Shown: piece after piece, positions 1-11,300 of the stretch
How positions within the stretch are numbered: the first letter of the stretch is position 1
How the letters are laid out: every line of letters starts with the position of its first letter
NCBI GenBank assembly: GCA_004295885.1
Contig: SEDG01000001.1
Span: forward strand, 7,942 to 71,941
DNA from: Pedobacter sp.
Lineage (GTDB): Bacteria > Bacteroidota > Bacteroidia > Sphingobacteriales > Sphingobacteriaceae
Reading direction: 5' to 3'
DNA: 64,000 bases
Translations under genes and position numbers: made by a program
The notes under the pieces: generated by a model
Seen by the model: only the letters and a program-made list of their open reading frames with translations
Told to the model about the DNA's origin: nothing
Databases searched by the model: none

Positions 1-1710
1 CAGGCAGCTAGACTGGGCGTTGAAACCCTGATCATTGAGGAAACCGATTGGTTGGGGGGAATGCTAACATCCGCGGGCGTTTCTGCCATTGATGGCAATC
101 ACAAATTGCCTTCTGGCCTTTGGGGAGAGTTTAGGCAGAAACTTTATGCTTATTACGGTGGTCCTGCCAGGGTAGAAACTGGCTGGGTTAGTAACACCCT
201 GTTTGAGCCAGCCGTGGGAAACAGGATCTTAAAAGAAATGACGGTAGGCAGTCCCAAATTAAACATTTGGTATCAGGCTCGTTTTGCCGGCATCAATAAA
301 GCTGCAAAAGGCTGGGAGGTGAGCGTTAGCAAAGCTGGCAAGAGCTACCTGGTTCATGCGGACATTGTCATTGACTGTACCGAACTAGGTGATGTGATGG
401 CCGCTGCCGGGGCAAAGTTTTTTGTAGGTATGGATAGCCGGAAACTTACTGGCGAAATTTATGCGCCTGAGCAAGCGAATGATATTATTCAGGATTTAAC
501 CTACGTTGCCGTATTGAAGGACTTTGGCAAGGGAGCAGATAAAACCATTGCAAAGCCTGCTGGATATGATCCAAAAGAATTTGATCACTCATGTAATGTT
601 GCCGATCCGGCAGCGGCTGATCAGTCTGCGGTGCTGGACTGCGAAAAAATGATCACCTATGGAAAGCTTCCCAATGGAAAATACATGATCAACTGGCCTA
701 AGCATGGTAACGATATCTATATGAACATCATTGCAAAAACGCCAGCGGAACGTGAGGTTGAGCTGAAAAAGGCAAAACTACATACCTTAAGGTTTGTGTA
801 CTATCTGCAAACGGCACTTGGATTTAAAAACCTGGGATTATCTGATGAATTTGGCACTGCGGATAAATTGCCAAAAATTCCATATTATAGGGAATCGAGA
901 AGGCTAGATGGACTGGTAAATTTATCTGTTCAATACCTTGAAAAGCCTTATTTGCAAGAATTGCCTCTTTATAGGACTGGGGTAATCGTTGGAGACTATA
1001 CCATAGATCATCATCACCTTAAAAATCCTGATGCCCCTAAAATAGACTTTATCAATATTAAAGTTCCTTCATATAATATCCCCTTGGGAACATTGGTTCC
1101 CAAAAATCTTTCAAATTTTATTGTTGCCGAAAAAAGCATAGCAGTGTCTAACATCGTGGCCGGTACAACCCGTTTACAGCCAGTTGTATTGGGCATTGGG
1201 CAAGCGGCCGGTGCGTTGGCGGCATTAGCTATTAATGAGAATAAGGCAGTTAATGATGTCCAGGTCAGGGATGTGCAGGCCAAACTTTTAGCCGCAAATG
1301 TTTACCTCATGCCTTATTTGGATGTTAAGCCTTCGGACCCATATTTTAAGGCAGTACAAAAGATTGGGGCAACTGGTATCTTAAAGGGAACCGGAAATCC
1401 CTACATGTGGGCAAACGAAACATGGTTTTACCCAAATCATCCGATAAGCGGCTTTGAGTTGATGAGTGGCTTAAGGGGTTATTATCCGGCCTTGGCTACC
1501 TATCAATTAGGGGGCGCGGATTTAACCATTACAAATCTTGCAAAAGTCATTCATGCTGTTTCGCCCATGGTATCTGAAGCCGCGGTGAAGGAAAAATATG
1601 CGTCGCTAGCTAAGGATGAAACATTGAAAAGAAGTGATGTTGCCGTTTTGATTGATCATTTCTTGCAGCCTTTTGAAAGACCAATCGACTGGTTCGGAAA
1701 CTTAAAATAA
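1..1710 (+). CDS. FAD-dependent oxidoreductase (PF12831-like), 5'-truncated by the window edge
   Basis: Frame is open from base 1 (QAARLGVETLIIEETDWLGGMLTSAGV, the tail of a Rossmann FAD-binding motif). Also IDCTELGD, YYRESRRL and C-terminal TTRLQP..GQAAG motifs. Confidence 0.8.
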   Translation, partial: QAARLGVETLIIEETDWLGGMLTSAGVSAIDGNHKLPSGLWGEFRQKLYAYYGGPARVETGWVSNTLFEPAVGNRILKEMTVGSPKLNIWYQARFAGINKAAKGWEVSVSKAGKSYLVHADIVIDCTELGDVMAAAGAKFFVGMDSRKLTGEIYAPEQANDIIQDLTYVAVLKDFGKGADKTIAKPAGYDPKEFDHSCNVADPAAADQSAVLDCEKMITYGKLPNGKYMINWPKHGNDIYMNIIAKTPAEREVELKKAKLHTLRFVYYLQTALGFKNLGLSDEFGTADKLPKIPYYRESRRLDGLVNLSVQYLEKPYLQELPLYRTGVIVGDYTIDHHHLKNPDAPKIDFINIKVPSYNIPLGTLVPKNLSNFIVAEKSIAVSNIVAGTTRLQPVVLGIGQAAGALAALAINENKAVNDVQVRDVQAKLLAANVYLMPYLDVKPSDPYFKAVQKIGATGILKGTGNPYMWANETWFYPNHPISGFELMSGLRGYYPALATYQLGGADLTITNLAKVIHAVSPMVSEAAVKEKYASLAKDETLKRSDVAVLIDHFLQPFERPIDWFGNLK

Positions 1711-1764
1711 AACAGGTTCAGCAAAATACACTCATTTTTAAAACTCGACTCAAAATAAAGCATC

Positions 1765-3060
1765 GTGCAAAAAAAATCAACACAAAAAAATCCCATTTCC
1801 TGGATACCCACCACATGGTTTGCCATGGGGTTGCCCTTTGTGGCCCTTGCCGCATCTAGTGCCATCATGTACAAAAACCTGGGTGTATCAGATTCAAAGA
1901 TTGCTTTTTGGACATCACTGGTCATGTTGCCGTGGACCCTAAAACCTTTATGGGGCCCATTCCTGGAGATGTACAAAACAAGGAAGTTTTTTGTGTATGC
2001 AACTCAAATCTTTACTGGCCTGTTGTTTGGCTTGGTTGGTCTATCATTGCAACTTGATCATTTTTTTAGCATCTCCATTGCGATAATGGCCATTATTGCG
2101 CTAAGTGCATCAACCCATGACATTGCTGCAGATGGTGTTTACCTCAACGAACTCAATGCCAAGACACAAGCTAAATTTGTGGGCTGGCAGGGGGCATTTT
2201 ATAACATTGCCAAGGTTTTTTCTGGAGGGGTGTTGGTATACCTTGCGGGAGAACTGGAAAAGCAAATGGGACTGGCCACGGCATGGATGATAGTGATGTT
2301 CGCCTATGGTGCGATCATGTTATTATTGGGCCTTTACAGCATGAAAATGCTTCCCGAGGGTGAGAAATCTCAAACAGTTGGCTCTGCAAAAGAAAGTTTA
2401 AATACCCTTAAAGATGTAATCGTTACGTTTTTCCAAAAAAAGAATATCTGGTTTAGCCTCGCTTTCATTGTGTTTTATCGCTTTGCAGAAGGGCAGGCAA
2501 TCAAAATAACACCACTCTTTTTTAAGGCCGATAGGGCTGAGGGGGGGTTAGGTCTAACAACGTCCCAGATTGGTGTACTGTATGGTATTTTTGGATCCAT
2601 TGCCTTTGTTCTGGGGTCGATCGCCGCTGGTTACTTTGTTTCTAATAAAGGATTGACTAAAAGAACATTGCTCGTGCTATGTGCCTTCTTTAACATCCCA
2701 TTTCTAGCCTACGCTTTTTTGGCGGTAACGTTGCCTACCAGTCAATTAGTGATCGGTGCCGCCGTGGCCATAGAATATTTCGGTTATGGCTTTGGCTTTG
2801 TAGGCCTGATTTTGTTCATGATGCAAAACATCGCCCCTGGCAAGTATAAGATGGCGCATTATGCATTTGGCAGCGGGCTGATGAACCTGGGTTTCATGAT
2901 TCCCTCCATGGTGAGTGGAGTGGTGAGCGATTATCTAGGTTACAAGGATTTCTTTATTTGGGTGATGATTGCAACCATTCCAGCATTTTTGGTCACCTGG
3001 CTTGTGCCCTTAAAGCAACCAGAAGAGGAGATTGAATTAAATGAAGTCCAGGAGAAATAA
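1765..3060 (+). CDS. MFS transporter (AmpG-like)
   Basis: About 12 hydrophobic segments; LPWTLKPLWGP and SASTHDIAADG motifs typical of AmpG-like MFS. Confidence 0.8.
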   Translation: MQKKSTQKNPISWIPTTWFAMGLPFVALAASSAIMYKNLGVSDSKIAFWTSLVMLPWTLKPLWGPFLEMYKTRKFFVYATQIFTGLLFGLVGLSLQLDHFFSISIAIMAIIALSASTHDIAADGVYLNELNAKTQAKFVGWQGAFYNIAKVFSGGVLVYLAGELEKQMGLATAWMIVMFAYGAIMLLLGLYSMKMLPEGEKSQTVGSAKESLNTLKDVIVTFFQKKNIWFSLAFIVFYRFAEGQAIKITPLFFKADRAEGGLGLTTSQIGVLYGIFGSIAFVLGSIAAGYFVSNKGLTKRTLLVLCAFFNIPFLAYAFLAVTLPTSQLVIGAAVAIEYFGYGFGFVGLILFMMQNIAPGKYKMAHYAFGSGLMNLGFMIPSMVSGVVSDYLGYKDFFIWVMIATIPAFLVTWLVPLKQPEEEIELNEVQEK

Positions 3061-3061
3061 A

Positions 3062-3700
3062 ATGAGTTATAGTAAATTTATACACCGACTTTTTTTTGCG
3101 TTCTTGGCAGTTGTTGCGCTTTCTTGCGGTTCATCTCGATCTTTGCCTGGCGCACAGGTTAATAAGAACACTATTGTTTTTTTGGGTAATAGCATCACCC
3201 AGGTTGGTAAATGGCAAGAATTATTACCGGGGAAAAATGTCATTAACAAAGGGATCAGCGGTGATGTGACCACTGGGGTTTTGGCTAGGTTAAGCGACTG
3301 CCTTTCGGCAAGGCCCGAACAAATCTTTGTCATGATAGGCATTAATGATTTAAAAATTGGTAGACCCCTAGAAGATATCACGGCCAATCAAGTAAAGATC
3401 ATCCAAAAGATAAAAGAGCTCTCTCCAAGGACAAAAATCTACATCCAAGGTACTTTGCCTGTAAATGAAGGTATGCTTGCCAATATCTATAGGCGTTTAA
3501 ATAATGCTGACATAGGTAAGATGAACATTGCATTGAAAGCTGCATGTGAACAACAAAAGGTTAGGTATATAGATCTACATCCCGTTTTAACTGATCAAAC
3601 TGGTCAATTTAAACAACAATTAAGCACAGATGGACTGCACCTAAAGCCAGAGGCCTATGTGATTTGGGTAAAATATCTCCAAAAAAATAAAATCTTATGA
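3062..3700 (+). CDS. SGNH/GDSL esterase lipoprotein (possible carbohydrate O-acetylesterase)
   Basis: FLGNSIT, NKGISGD, MIGIND and DGLH blocks; lipobox ALSC. ATG 3062 preferred over 3041. Confidence 0.8.
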   Translation: MSYSKFIHRLFFAFLAVVALSCGSSRSLPGAQVNKNTIVFLGNSITQVGKWQELLPGKNVINKGISGDVTTGVLARLSDCLSARPEQIFVMIGINDLKIGRPLEDITANQVKIIQKIKELSPRTKIYIQGTLPVNEGMLANIYRRLNNADIGKMNIALKAACEQQKVRYIDLHPVLTDQTGQFKQQLSTDGLHLKPEAYVIWVKYLQKNKIL

Positions 3701-4632
3701 GAATAACTGGAACATTTATAGACGAGATATCGCACGATATCCCACATCAAAACTGGGGGCAAAAAGAATGGGAACAAGACTTTTTGCACATGAAGGCCGT
3801 GGGGATAGATACGGTGATCATGATCAGGAGTGGTTATAGAAAGTTCATGACTTACCCTTCAGCTTATTTAGCGAAACATTTTGGCTGTTATAACCCCTCG
3901 ATAGACCTGGTTGATCTCTTTTTAACGCTAGCTGACAAATACGAAATGAAATTCTATTTCGGGCTTTATGACAGTGGCATTTTTTGGGACACCGGCAACT
4001 TGCAGGCAGAAATTGATGCAAACAGATATGTGGTAGACGAGGTGTGGGCAAAATATGGCCACCATCCCAGTTTTTCAGGATGGTACGTGAGTACGGAAAT
4101 CAGCCGTAAAACAAAGGGATCGATCAATGCCTTTAAAACCTTGGGCATGCAGTGCAAGGACATTAGCAACGGATTGCCTACGTTAATTTCTCCATATATA
4201 GATGGCAAAAAAGCGGTAATGGCCCATACTTCGCAATTGAGCAAGGTCGATGCGATATCGGTAAGGGAGCATGAACAGGAGTGGGGTGAGATTTTTGAGG
4301 GCATTGCCGGGGCCATAGATGCTGTAGCGTTTCAGGATGGTCACGTGGATTATCATGAGCTGCCGGCTTTTTTTGAAGTGAATAAAAAACTTGCCGATAG
4401 GTTTGGCCTGCAATGTTGGACCAATGTAGAGTCTTTTGACCGAGATATGCCCATTAAGTTTTTGCCCATCAAGTTTGATAAGATGAGGATGAAGCTCGAG
4501 GCCGCTGCCCAGGCTGGATACGACAAGGCCATCACGTTTGAGTTTTCACATTTCATGAGTCCACAATCGGCCTATTTGCAAGCTGGGCACCTCTATAACC
4601 GATATAAAGAATATTTAGCAACATTAAAGTAA
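3697..4632 (+). CDS. DUF4434-family putative glycoside hydrolase (TIM barrel)
   Basis: ITGTFIDEISHDIPHQNW N-terminus, GWYVSTE, AFQDG and WTNVESF motifs. Confidence 0.7.
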   Translation: MRITGTFIDEISHDIPHQNWGQKEWEQDFLHMKAVGIDTVIMIRSGYRKFMTYPSAYLAKHFGCYNPSIDLVDLFLTLADKYEMKFYFGLYDSGIFWDTGNLQAEIDANRYVVDEVWAKYGHHPSFSGWYVSTEISRKTKGSINAFKTLGMQCKDISNGLPTLISPYIDGKKAVMAHTSQLSKVDAISVREHEQEWGEIFEGIAGAIDAVAFQDGHVDYHELPAFFEVNKKLADRFGLQCWTNVESFDRDMPIKFLPIKFDKMRMKLEAAAQAGYDKAITFEFSHFMSPQSAYLQAGHLYNRYKEYLATLK

Positions 4633-4641
4633 CAAGCACCA

Positions 4642-5814
4642 ATGAATAAGTATAGCGAAATTTATAAAGAAGAACTGACTAATAATATAATTCCATTTTG
4701 GATGAAATATTCCAAGGATGAGGAACATGGAGGGTTTCTCACCTGTTTGAAAAGAGATGGCGGCGTTTTTGACACAGATAAGTTCATGTGGTTGCAGGGC
4801 AGGCAGGTGTGGACCTTCGCTACTTTATATAATCAATTTGAGGCTAAGCCAGCATATTTAGAAATGGCAAGGTATGGTGCAGAATTCATGAAAAAACATG
4901 GCAGAGATGCTGATGGAAATTGGTACTTCTCCCTAGATAGATCTGGCAGGCCATTGGTACAGCCCTATAATATTTTTTCCGATTGTTTTGCCACAATGGG
5001 TTTTGGGGCACTTTATACTGCCACTGGCGAAGATGAATACGCAGTGATAGCTAAAAAAACATTTGAAAATATTTTAAAAAGAAGGGAAAATACCAAAGGC
5101 AAATACAACAAGTCTTATCCAGGTACCAGGGAGCTTAGGAATTTTTCCCTCCCAATGATCTTGAGTAACCTGTCTATCGAACTGGAACACCTATTGGATA
5201 AGAATTTGGTGAAGACCTTAATTGATGAGGTCATTGAAGAGGTAATGGAGGTATTTTATCAGCCAGAGCACGGCATCATTTTCGAAAATGTTAACAAGGA
5301 TGGCTCCTTTTCAGATACTTTTGAAGGAAGGCTATTGAACCCTGGGCACACCATAGAGGCGATGTGGTTTATGATGGACCTGGGCGTCCGCCTAAATGAT
5401 AGAAGCCTGATCGACAAGGCCATTGAAATTGCCATTAAGGCCTTGGAATACGGTTGGGATGAAAAATATGATGGTATTCTTTATTTTTTGGATTTCAAGG
5501 GCAATCCACCACAACAACTAGAGTGGGACCAGAAACTTTGGTGGGTTCACGTAGAGGCCTTGGTCTGTATGGCCAAGGCATGGGAATTAACAGGTAACCA
5601 ACAGGCGAGGGATTGGTTTGAGCGAATTCACGCATATACCTGGAAACATTTTAGGGATGAAACGCATGGGGAGTGGTTTGGTTACCTGAATAGGCAGGGA
5701 GAAGTGTTGCTGGATCTTAAGGGTGGTAAGTGGAAAGGCTGTTTCCATATTCCAAGGGCATTGTTTCAGGTTTACAAAACCTTAGAAACAAAAAAGTTGG
5801 TTGAGTTCTCTTAA
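4642..5814 (+). CDS. AGE-family N-acylglucosamine 2-epimerase
   Basis: DKFMWLQGRQVW, NPGHTIEAMWF, KLWWVHVE and KGGKWKGCFHIPR motifs. Confidence 0.9.
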   Translation: MNKYSEIYKEELTNNIIPFWMKYSKDEEHGGFLTCLKRDGGVFDTDKFMWLQGRQVWTFATLYNQFEAKPAYLEMARYGAEFMKKHGRDADGNWYFSLDRSGRPLVQPYNIFSDCFATMGFGALYTATGEDEYAVIAKKTFENILKRRENTKGKYNKSYPGTRELRNFSLPMILSNLSIELEHLLDKNLVKTLIDEVIEEVMEVFYQPEHGIIFENVNKDGSFSDTFEGRLLNPGHTIEAMWFMMDLGVRLNDRSLIDKAIEIAIKALEYGWDEKYDGILYFLDFKGNPPQQLEWDQKLWWVHVEALVCMAKAWELTGNQQARDWFERIHAYTWKHFRDETHGEWFGYLNRQGEVLLDLKGGKWKGCFHIPRALFQVYKTLETKKLVEFS

Positions 5815-5885
5815 TTCCTATTGTTTTCTGTAATTCGGCATTTCGCCTATTTCATTACTTTTAAAATAAAATTTTAAAAGTGTTG

Positions 5886-5906
5886 TTATTTATTAAAAAA
5901 AAATAA
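5886..5906. promoter_or_regulatory. Possible ROK/NagC-type operator (TTATTT-N9-AAATAA) upstream of the GH92-SusC/D operon
   Basis: Dyad TTATTT 5886-5891 / AAATAA 5901-5906 with a 9-nt spacer, beside a TAACTTGG -7-like element. The context is AT-rich, so this may be chance. Confidence 0.25.
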
Positions 5907-6046
5907 TAACTTGGCTTTGCGTTAATGAATGTGATAATTAATGCATTAGGCAACCGAAATGAATGAAAGGCTTATATCCTCAATCTAATATTGTCTAATA
6001 AATTTTGTTAACACCTTTACTTATTTAATTTTTTAAATAACTTATA

Positions 6047-8320
6047 ATGTCTTTTAGCATAAAATACATTTTCCTTGTGTGCTGTAGCCTGCTGTTATGG
6101 AACGCTTGCAACATTCAAAAGCGACCTCCAATCACGAATGACTTGGCGGGCTTGGTGAACCCGTTAATAGGTTCGGGAAGTCACGGGCATGTCTTTGTTG
6201 GCGCCTCTGTTCCCCATGGCATGGTACAGCTGGGGCCAAATAACCTTGGTAAGGGATGGGATTGGTGCTCGGGTTACCATGATTCAGATTCCACTATCAT
6301 AGGTTTTGCACAAACGCATCTGAGCGGAACGGGCATAGCAGATTTGGGCGACCTGATTTTTATGCCCGTGGGCAATTTAGCGCCAAGGCCAGCCAACGAT
6401 ACAACAAGGTTCGCAAAGAGCTATTTTTCCACTTTTGATAAAAATTCTGAGGTGGCAACCCCCGGTTACTACAAGGTAAGACTTAAACGGTATGATATCA
6501 TTGCAGAGTTAACCGCAACAGAACGGGTTAGCTTACAGCAGTATCATTTTCCCAAGAACGACCAGGCGAACGTAATCGTAAACCTAGAAGATAACGTTCA
6601 ATCCATACTTTCCAGGAAAGGAACCTTAAGTGCCGGTATCAAGATCATCAATGATTCAACCATAGCTGGTTATCGCATTTCTGACGAGTGGGCCAAAGAC
6701 CATCGGGTTTATTTTACCACGGTGTTCTCTAAGCCCATGTTAAGATATGATATTTTAAATGGTCTGAGGGTCAGTCAGGATAAACAGGCTACTGGAACGA
6801 AAGTAAATGCAGTCCTGAATTTCAAGAACGATGGGAAGCCACTGCTCTTAAAAACTGGTATATCCTACGTTTCTGAAGCTGGAGCTGCCCTGAACCTGGC
6901 TAAAGAGCTGCAAGGTTGGGGTTTTGATGAGGTTAAATCAAGGGCAAGGGCGGCTTGGAACACTTCCTTATCTTCTTTTGATTTCAAGTCCAAGGATTCT
7001 TCAATGGTAAGGCAATTCTACACTGCCTTATACCATACACAGATTGCTCCATCTGTTTTCAGCGACGTAAATGGAGACTACCGCGGCGCTGATGGAAAGA
7101 TACATCAGGCAAATGGCTTTACGCCATATACGGTGTTTTCGTTATGGGACACCTATCGTGCAACCCATCCATTGTATACCCTTACCGACAACAAGGTAGC
7201 CGATTATGCCAATAGCCTTCTAGCAATACAAAAACAACAAGGTTCAATGCCGGTTTGGCACCTGGCGGGCAATGAAACGGGTACCATGGTTGGTTTCCAT
7301 TCCATTCCCGTAGTGGTAGATGCCTTTTTAAAGGGCTTCAAGGTTAATCAGGCGGAAGTTTGGTCTGCCATTGGAGGTTTCGAAAAATATAATGCGTCAG
7401 GTTTAAAAGATACCCGTGAGCAGGGCTATATAGCTGCTGACAAGGAGCCTTGGTCCGTGGCCAAAGGGCTTGAATATGCCATTGACAGTTATTCAGTGGC
7501 AAAGTTCGCAGAGAAGACCAATAATGAGCAAGCGTACGATAGCTACATTAAGGCTGCTAAGAACTACCAAAATTATTTCGATAAAAAGCTTGGTTTCATG
7601 AGAGGCAAGTTAGCAAATGGCAACTGGAGAAGTAACTTCAATCCTTCATTTAGCTTGCACATGGAAGATGATTATGTGGAAGGAAATGCCTGGCAGTACA
7701 CCTGGCTTGTTCCGCATGATGTCGAGGGATTAATTACTGCATTTGGTGGAAAGGTGCCTTTTACCAAGAAACTGGATAGTTTATTTACCGTAAGTTCAGA
7801 CCTGAACAAGGGTGCCTCGATCGATATCTCTGGAATGATTGGACAATATGCCCATGGCAATGAGCCAAGTCACCATATCTTGTACCTATATCCCTTTGTG
7901 GGAGAACAGTGGAAGACGTCTGCAAAAGTTAGGGAGGTATTTGACAAGTTCTACAAGGCAACCCCAGACGGGTTGATTGGTAATGAAGATTGTGGACAGA
8001 TGTCCTCGTGGTTTATTTTCTCTGCCCTGGGTTTTTACCCAGTAAACCCTGTAAACGGGCTCTTTGTCTTTGGTTCGCCGATGGCAGATGAGGTAAAGAT
8101 GAACTTGAACAATGGGAAAAGCTTTCAAATCACGGCCCTGAACAATTCCAATACCAACAAGTATATACAGGCCATAAAGCTTAATGGCAAGCCATACACA
8201 AAATCTTACATCACCTACAAAGATATCATGGCAGGAGGCTCGATGGAATACACGATGGGAAATTCGCCAAATAAATCCTTTGGAAAACTGCCGGCCGACT
8301 GGCCTAAGTCAAATCTTTAA
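6047..8320 (+). CDS. GH92 alpha-mannosidase (lipoprotein)
   Basis: GASVPHGMVQLGP, FSLWDTYR, EGNAWQY, YAHGNEPSHH and GNEDCGQMSSW motifs. Confidence 0.92.
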   Translation: MSFSIKYIFLVCCSLLLWNACNIQKRPPITNDLAGLVNPLIGSGSHGHVFVGASVPHGMVQLGPNNLGKGWDWCSGYHDSDSTIIGFAQTHLSGTGIADLGDLIFMPVGNLAPRPANDTTRFAKSYFSTFDKNSEVATPGYYKVRLKRYDIIAELTATERVSLQQYHFPKNDQANVIVNLEDNVQSILSRKGTLSAGIKIINDSTIAGYRISDEWAKDHRVYFTTVFSKPMLRYDILNGLRVSQDKQATGTKVNAVLNFKNDGKPLLLKTGISYVSEAGAALNLAKELQGWGFDEVKSRARAAWNTSLSSFDFKSKDSSMVRQFYTALYHTQIAPSVFSDVNGDYRGADGKIHQANGFTPYTVFSLWDTYRATHPLYTLTDNKVADYANSLLAIQKQQGSMPVWHLAGNETGTMVGFHSIPVVVDAFLKGFKVNQAEVWSAIGGFEKYNASGLKDTREQGYIAADKEPWSVAKGLEYAIDSYSVAKFAEKTNNEQAYDSYIKAAKNYQNYFDKKLGFMRGKLANGNWRSNFNPSFSLHMEDDYVEGNAWQYTWLVPHDVEGLITAFGGKVPFTKKLDSLFTVSSDLNKGASIDISGMIGQYAHGNEPSHHILYLYPFVGEQWKTSAKVREVFDKFYKATPDGLIGNEDCGQMSSWFIFSALGFYPVNPVNGLFVFGSPMADEVKMNLNNGKSFQITALNNSNTNKYIQAIKLNGKPYTKSYITYKDIMAGGSMEYTMGNSPNKSFGKLPADWPKSNL

Positions 8321-8387
8321 TTTAATAACCAAATATATATGAACTATTTACAAGTATTTAATTTAAACCATTCAAAATGTTAACCGT

Positions 8388-11300
8388 ATGAACAGAACTC
8401 TAACTCTTATCTTATTCCTGTTGATGGGTTTTACAAATCTCTACTCGCAAGACATTACCTTAAAAGGTACGGTGTCTGACGAAGGTGGAGCAATGCCTGG
8501 CGTATCTGTAAAAGTGTCGGGAAGTGCCAAGGTAACCACGACAGACGCTAATGGAAACTTTCAGATCCCGGTAAAAAATGGGGAATCTGTGGTTATTTCT
8601 GCAGTGGGCTACGAGGCGCAAACTATCAAGTTTGCTGGACAGCAGAACATCAGGGTCATACTAAAGTCTTCAACCATTAGCCTTGATGAAACAGTAGTGG
8701 TTGGTTATGCCGTACAGAAAAAGGCAACCTTAACAGGCTCTGTGTCTGCAATAAGTGGAAAGGAACTCAATACAAGGAGTGTTGCATCACTATCTACCGC
8801 ATTACAGGGAAAACTTCCAGGGGTAACCGTTCAGCAATCTTCTGGACAACCTGGCGATGATGGTGCAAACATCCGAATTCGTGGTATTGGATCCATCAAT
8901 TCTACTACATTTCCACTAGTGCTTGTAGATGGCATAGAAACCGGTATCAACCAGGTTGACATGAACACAGTTGAGACCATTTCGGTATTGAAAGATGCAG
9001 CTTCTGCGGCCATTTATGGATCTAGGGCCTCAAACGGAGTAATCTTGATTACTACCAAGAGAGGTAAGGCGGGTACAATAACCACTAACTATAACGGCTA
9101 TTCTACCCTACAGAGGCCAACAAACATGCCGATGGTGCTTAGTGCCTACGAATATTTACAATCTGAGCTAAATTCGTTTGATAATGCTGGAATAACAGTA
9201 CCTCCTTCTCAAAGGGTTGCATTGGAGCAATTGATAGAGGATCAGCGCACCTTAAAACCAGATAACTGGAACCGTTACGACACCGATTGGCGCAAGGAAA
9301 CCATGAAGGATTATGCATTCATGCAAAATCATAATGTAAGTATCAGTGGAGGTAGCGATAAATTATCATTTTTTGGTTCGGGTAGTTACCTAGACCAAGA
9401 TGGATTGATTCCCAATAACAATTATAAGAGAACAAATATATTGCTTAATGCCGACGCACAGCTGTTACCTTGGGCAAAGTTCTCCCTGAATACCTCCCTG
9501 AGAACTTCCAATGAGTTAACTCCAGGCGTGAACACGCCAAAGAACATAATCAGTAAGTCGCTTTATATGCTACCGACCTTATCGGCAGCCAGGGAACTGG
9601 ATGGAAATTGGGGTTACGGAAAAAATGGTGACAATCCAACTGCGGAAGCTTATGCCAGTGGAGAGAACATCAACAAGGGTTCAGAGGCAATCGTTAGCGG
9701 TATGTTGACCCTTACACCAATCAAAAATTTCGAGGTTTTGGGCCAATATTCCTTAAGAACGGTAACCAATAGGTCAAGAAGCTTAATCACTCCTTATGTT
9801 GTTTCATTAAAGGGAGCAGTAAAAGGCACCTATCCACCTCAAGATGGACTGACTGAAAGTTGGAGCCAAACCGTAAGAAATTACTATCGTCTTCAAACTT
9901 CATACGAGAAAAATATTGATAAGCATGCCCTTAAATTCCTAATTGGTTACCAAGGTGAAGACAATAACAATTCATCTTTCTTTGGCGCAAAAAATAACTT
10001 TACGCTGGGTCGTTATTATTTAAGTAATGGCGAAGGTAAAACAGCGACATCGGGCGGTGGTGCCAGTAGTTGGGCAATGATGTCTGGTTACGGTCGTATC
10101 AATTACAACTATGGTCAAAAATATCTTTTGGAAATCAATGGAAGGTATGATGGGTCGTCTCGCTTTACAGAATCAAATCGTTGGGGATTTTTCCCTTCAG
10201 CATCTGCTGGATGGGTGATCTCTGAGGAAAACTTCATGAGTAAGACTAAAAAGACAATTGATTTATTGAAATTAAGGGTTTCTTATGGTATACTAGGAAA
10301 CCAAGATATAGGAAACTATCCTTACACAGCTACAGTTAACTCAGGTTACGGATACTATTTGGGTGATACTAAAACACTTGTAGATGGCGTTGCACAAGTT
10401 GCACTCTCAAACAGCGATATTACCTGGGAAAGATCAAAACAGTTTGACGTTGGGGTAGACTTAAACATGTTTGCAAGTAAGTTAAGTGTAACGGCAGATT
10501 ATTACGTGAAGAAAATCGACAATATGCTGTTGCGATTCCCCTTGCCGTACTACGCGGGTCAACAACCTGCCTTTACCAATGCTGGTGATATGGAGAACAA
10601 AGGTTGGGAAATTGCCGTAGGCTATAAGGACAAGATCAGGGATTTCTCTTACGGCATTACCGTCTCTGTCAACGATAACCGAAATAAGATCACCGATCTG
10701 AATGGATTGAATTCACAGGATAAGACACAGGTCGTGGGTTATCCCAACAATGGGGTTTGGGGCTATTTGTCTGATGGATATTATAAGGACGCCGCAGATG
10801 TTGCCAGTTCTCCCAAACTAAGTAATTCAGCCCGTCCCGGTTTTGTAAAATACAAGAAAATATTTGAAGGCCCTGGAGTAGATCCATTACTGATAGATTC
10901 AAGGGACCAGGTATACCTGGGAGATCCATTTCCTCACTATGAATATGGCGTAAACTTAACCGCAGGATGGAAAAATTTCGATTTTAATGCTTTCATCCAG
11001 GGAATTGGACAACGTTCGGCATTTTTAAGTGGCATAGGATTGAAGCCCTTCGCCAATGGCTCTAACCTGTTTCGCCATCAACTGGATTCGTGGACTCCAG
11101 AAAACCCTGATGCCGAATTCCCAATCTTGGTACCTGAGGCTAACTCTGCAGATAACTTTGTACGGTCAGACAAGTGGGTAAGGAACGCATTTTACGGCAG
11201 GCTTAAAAACGTGGTTCTAGGCTACACCTTGCCAAAAAAACTTACCCAGAAAATGAAGTTACAGAACATAAGGTTGTATGTAAGCGGTCAGAACCTGTTT

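Noticed and set aside
5939-5948. Palindrome TAATGCATTA upstream of GH92
   Set aside because: Short, AT-rich and not seen repeated at other promoters.
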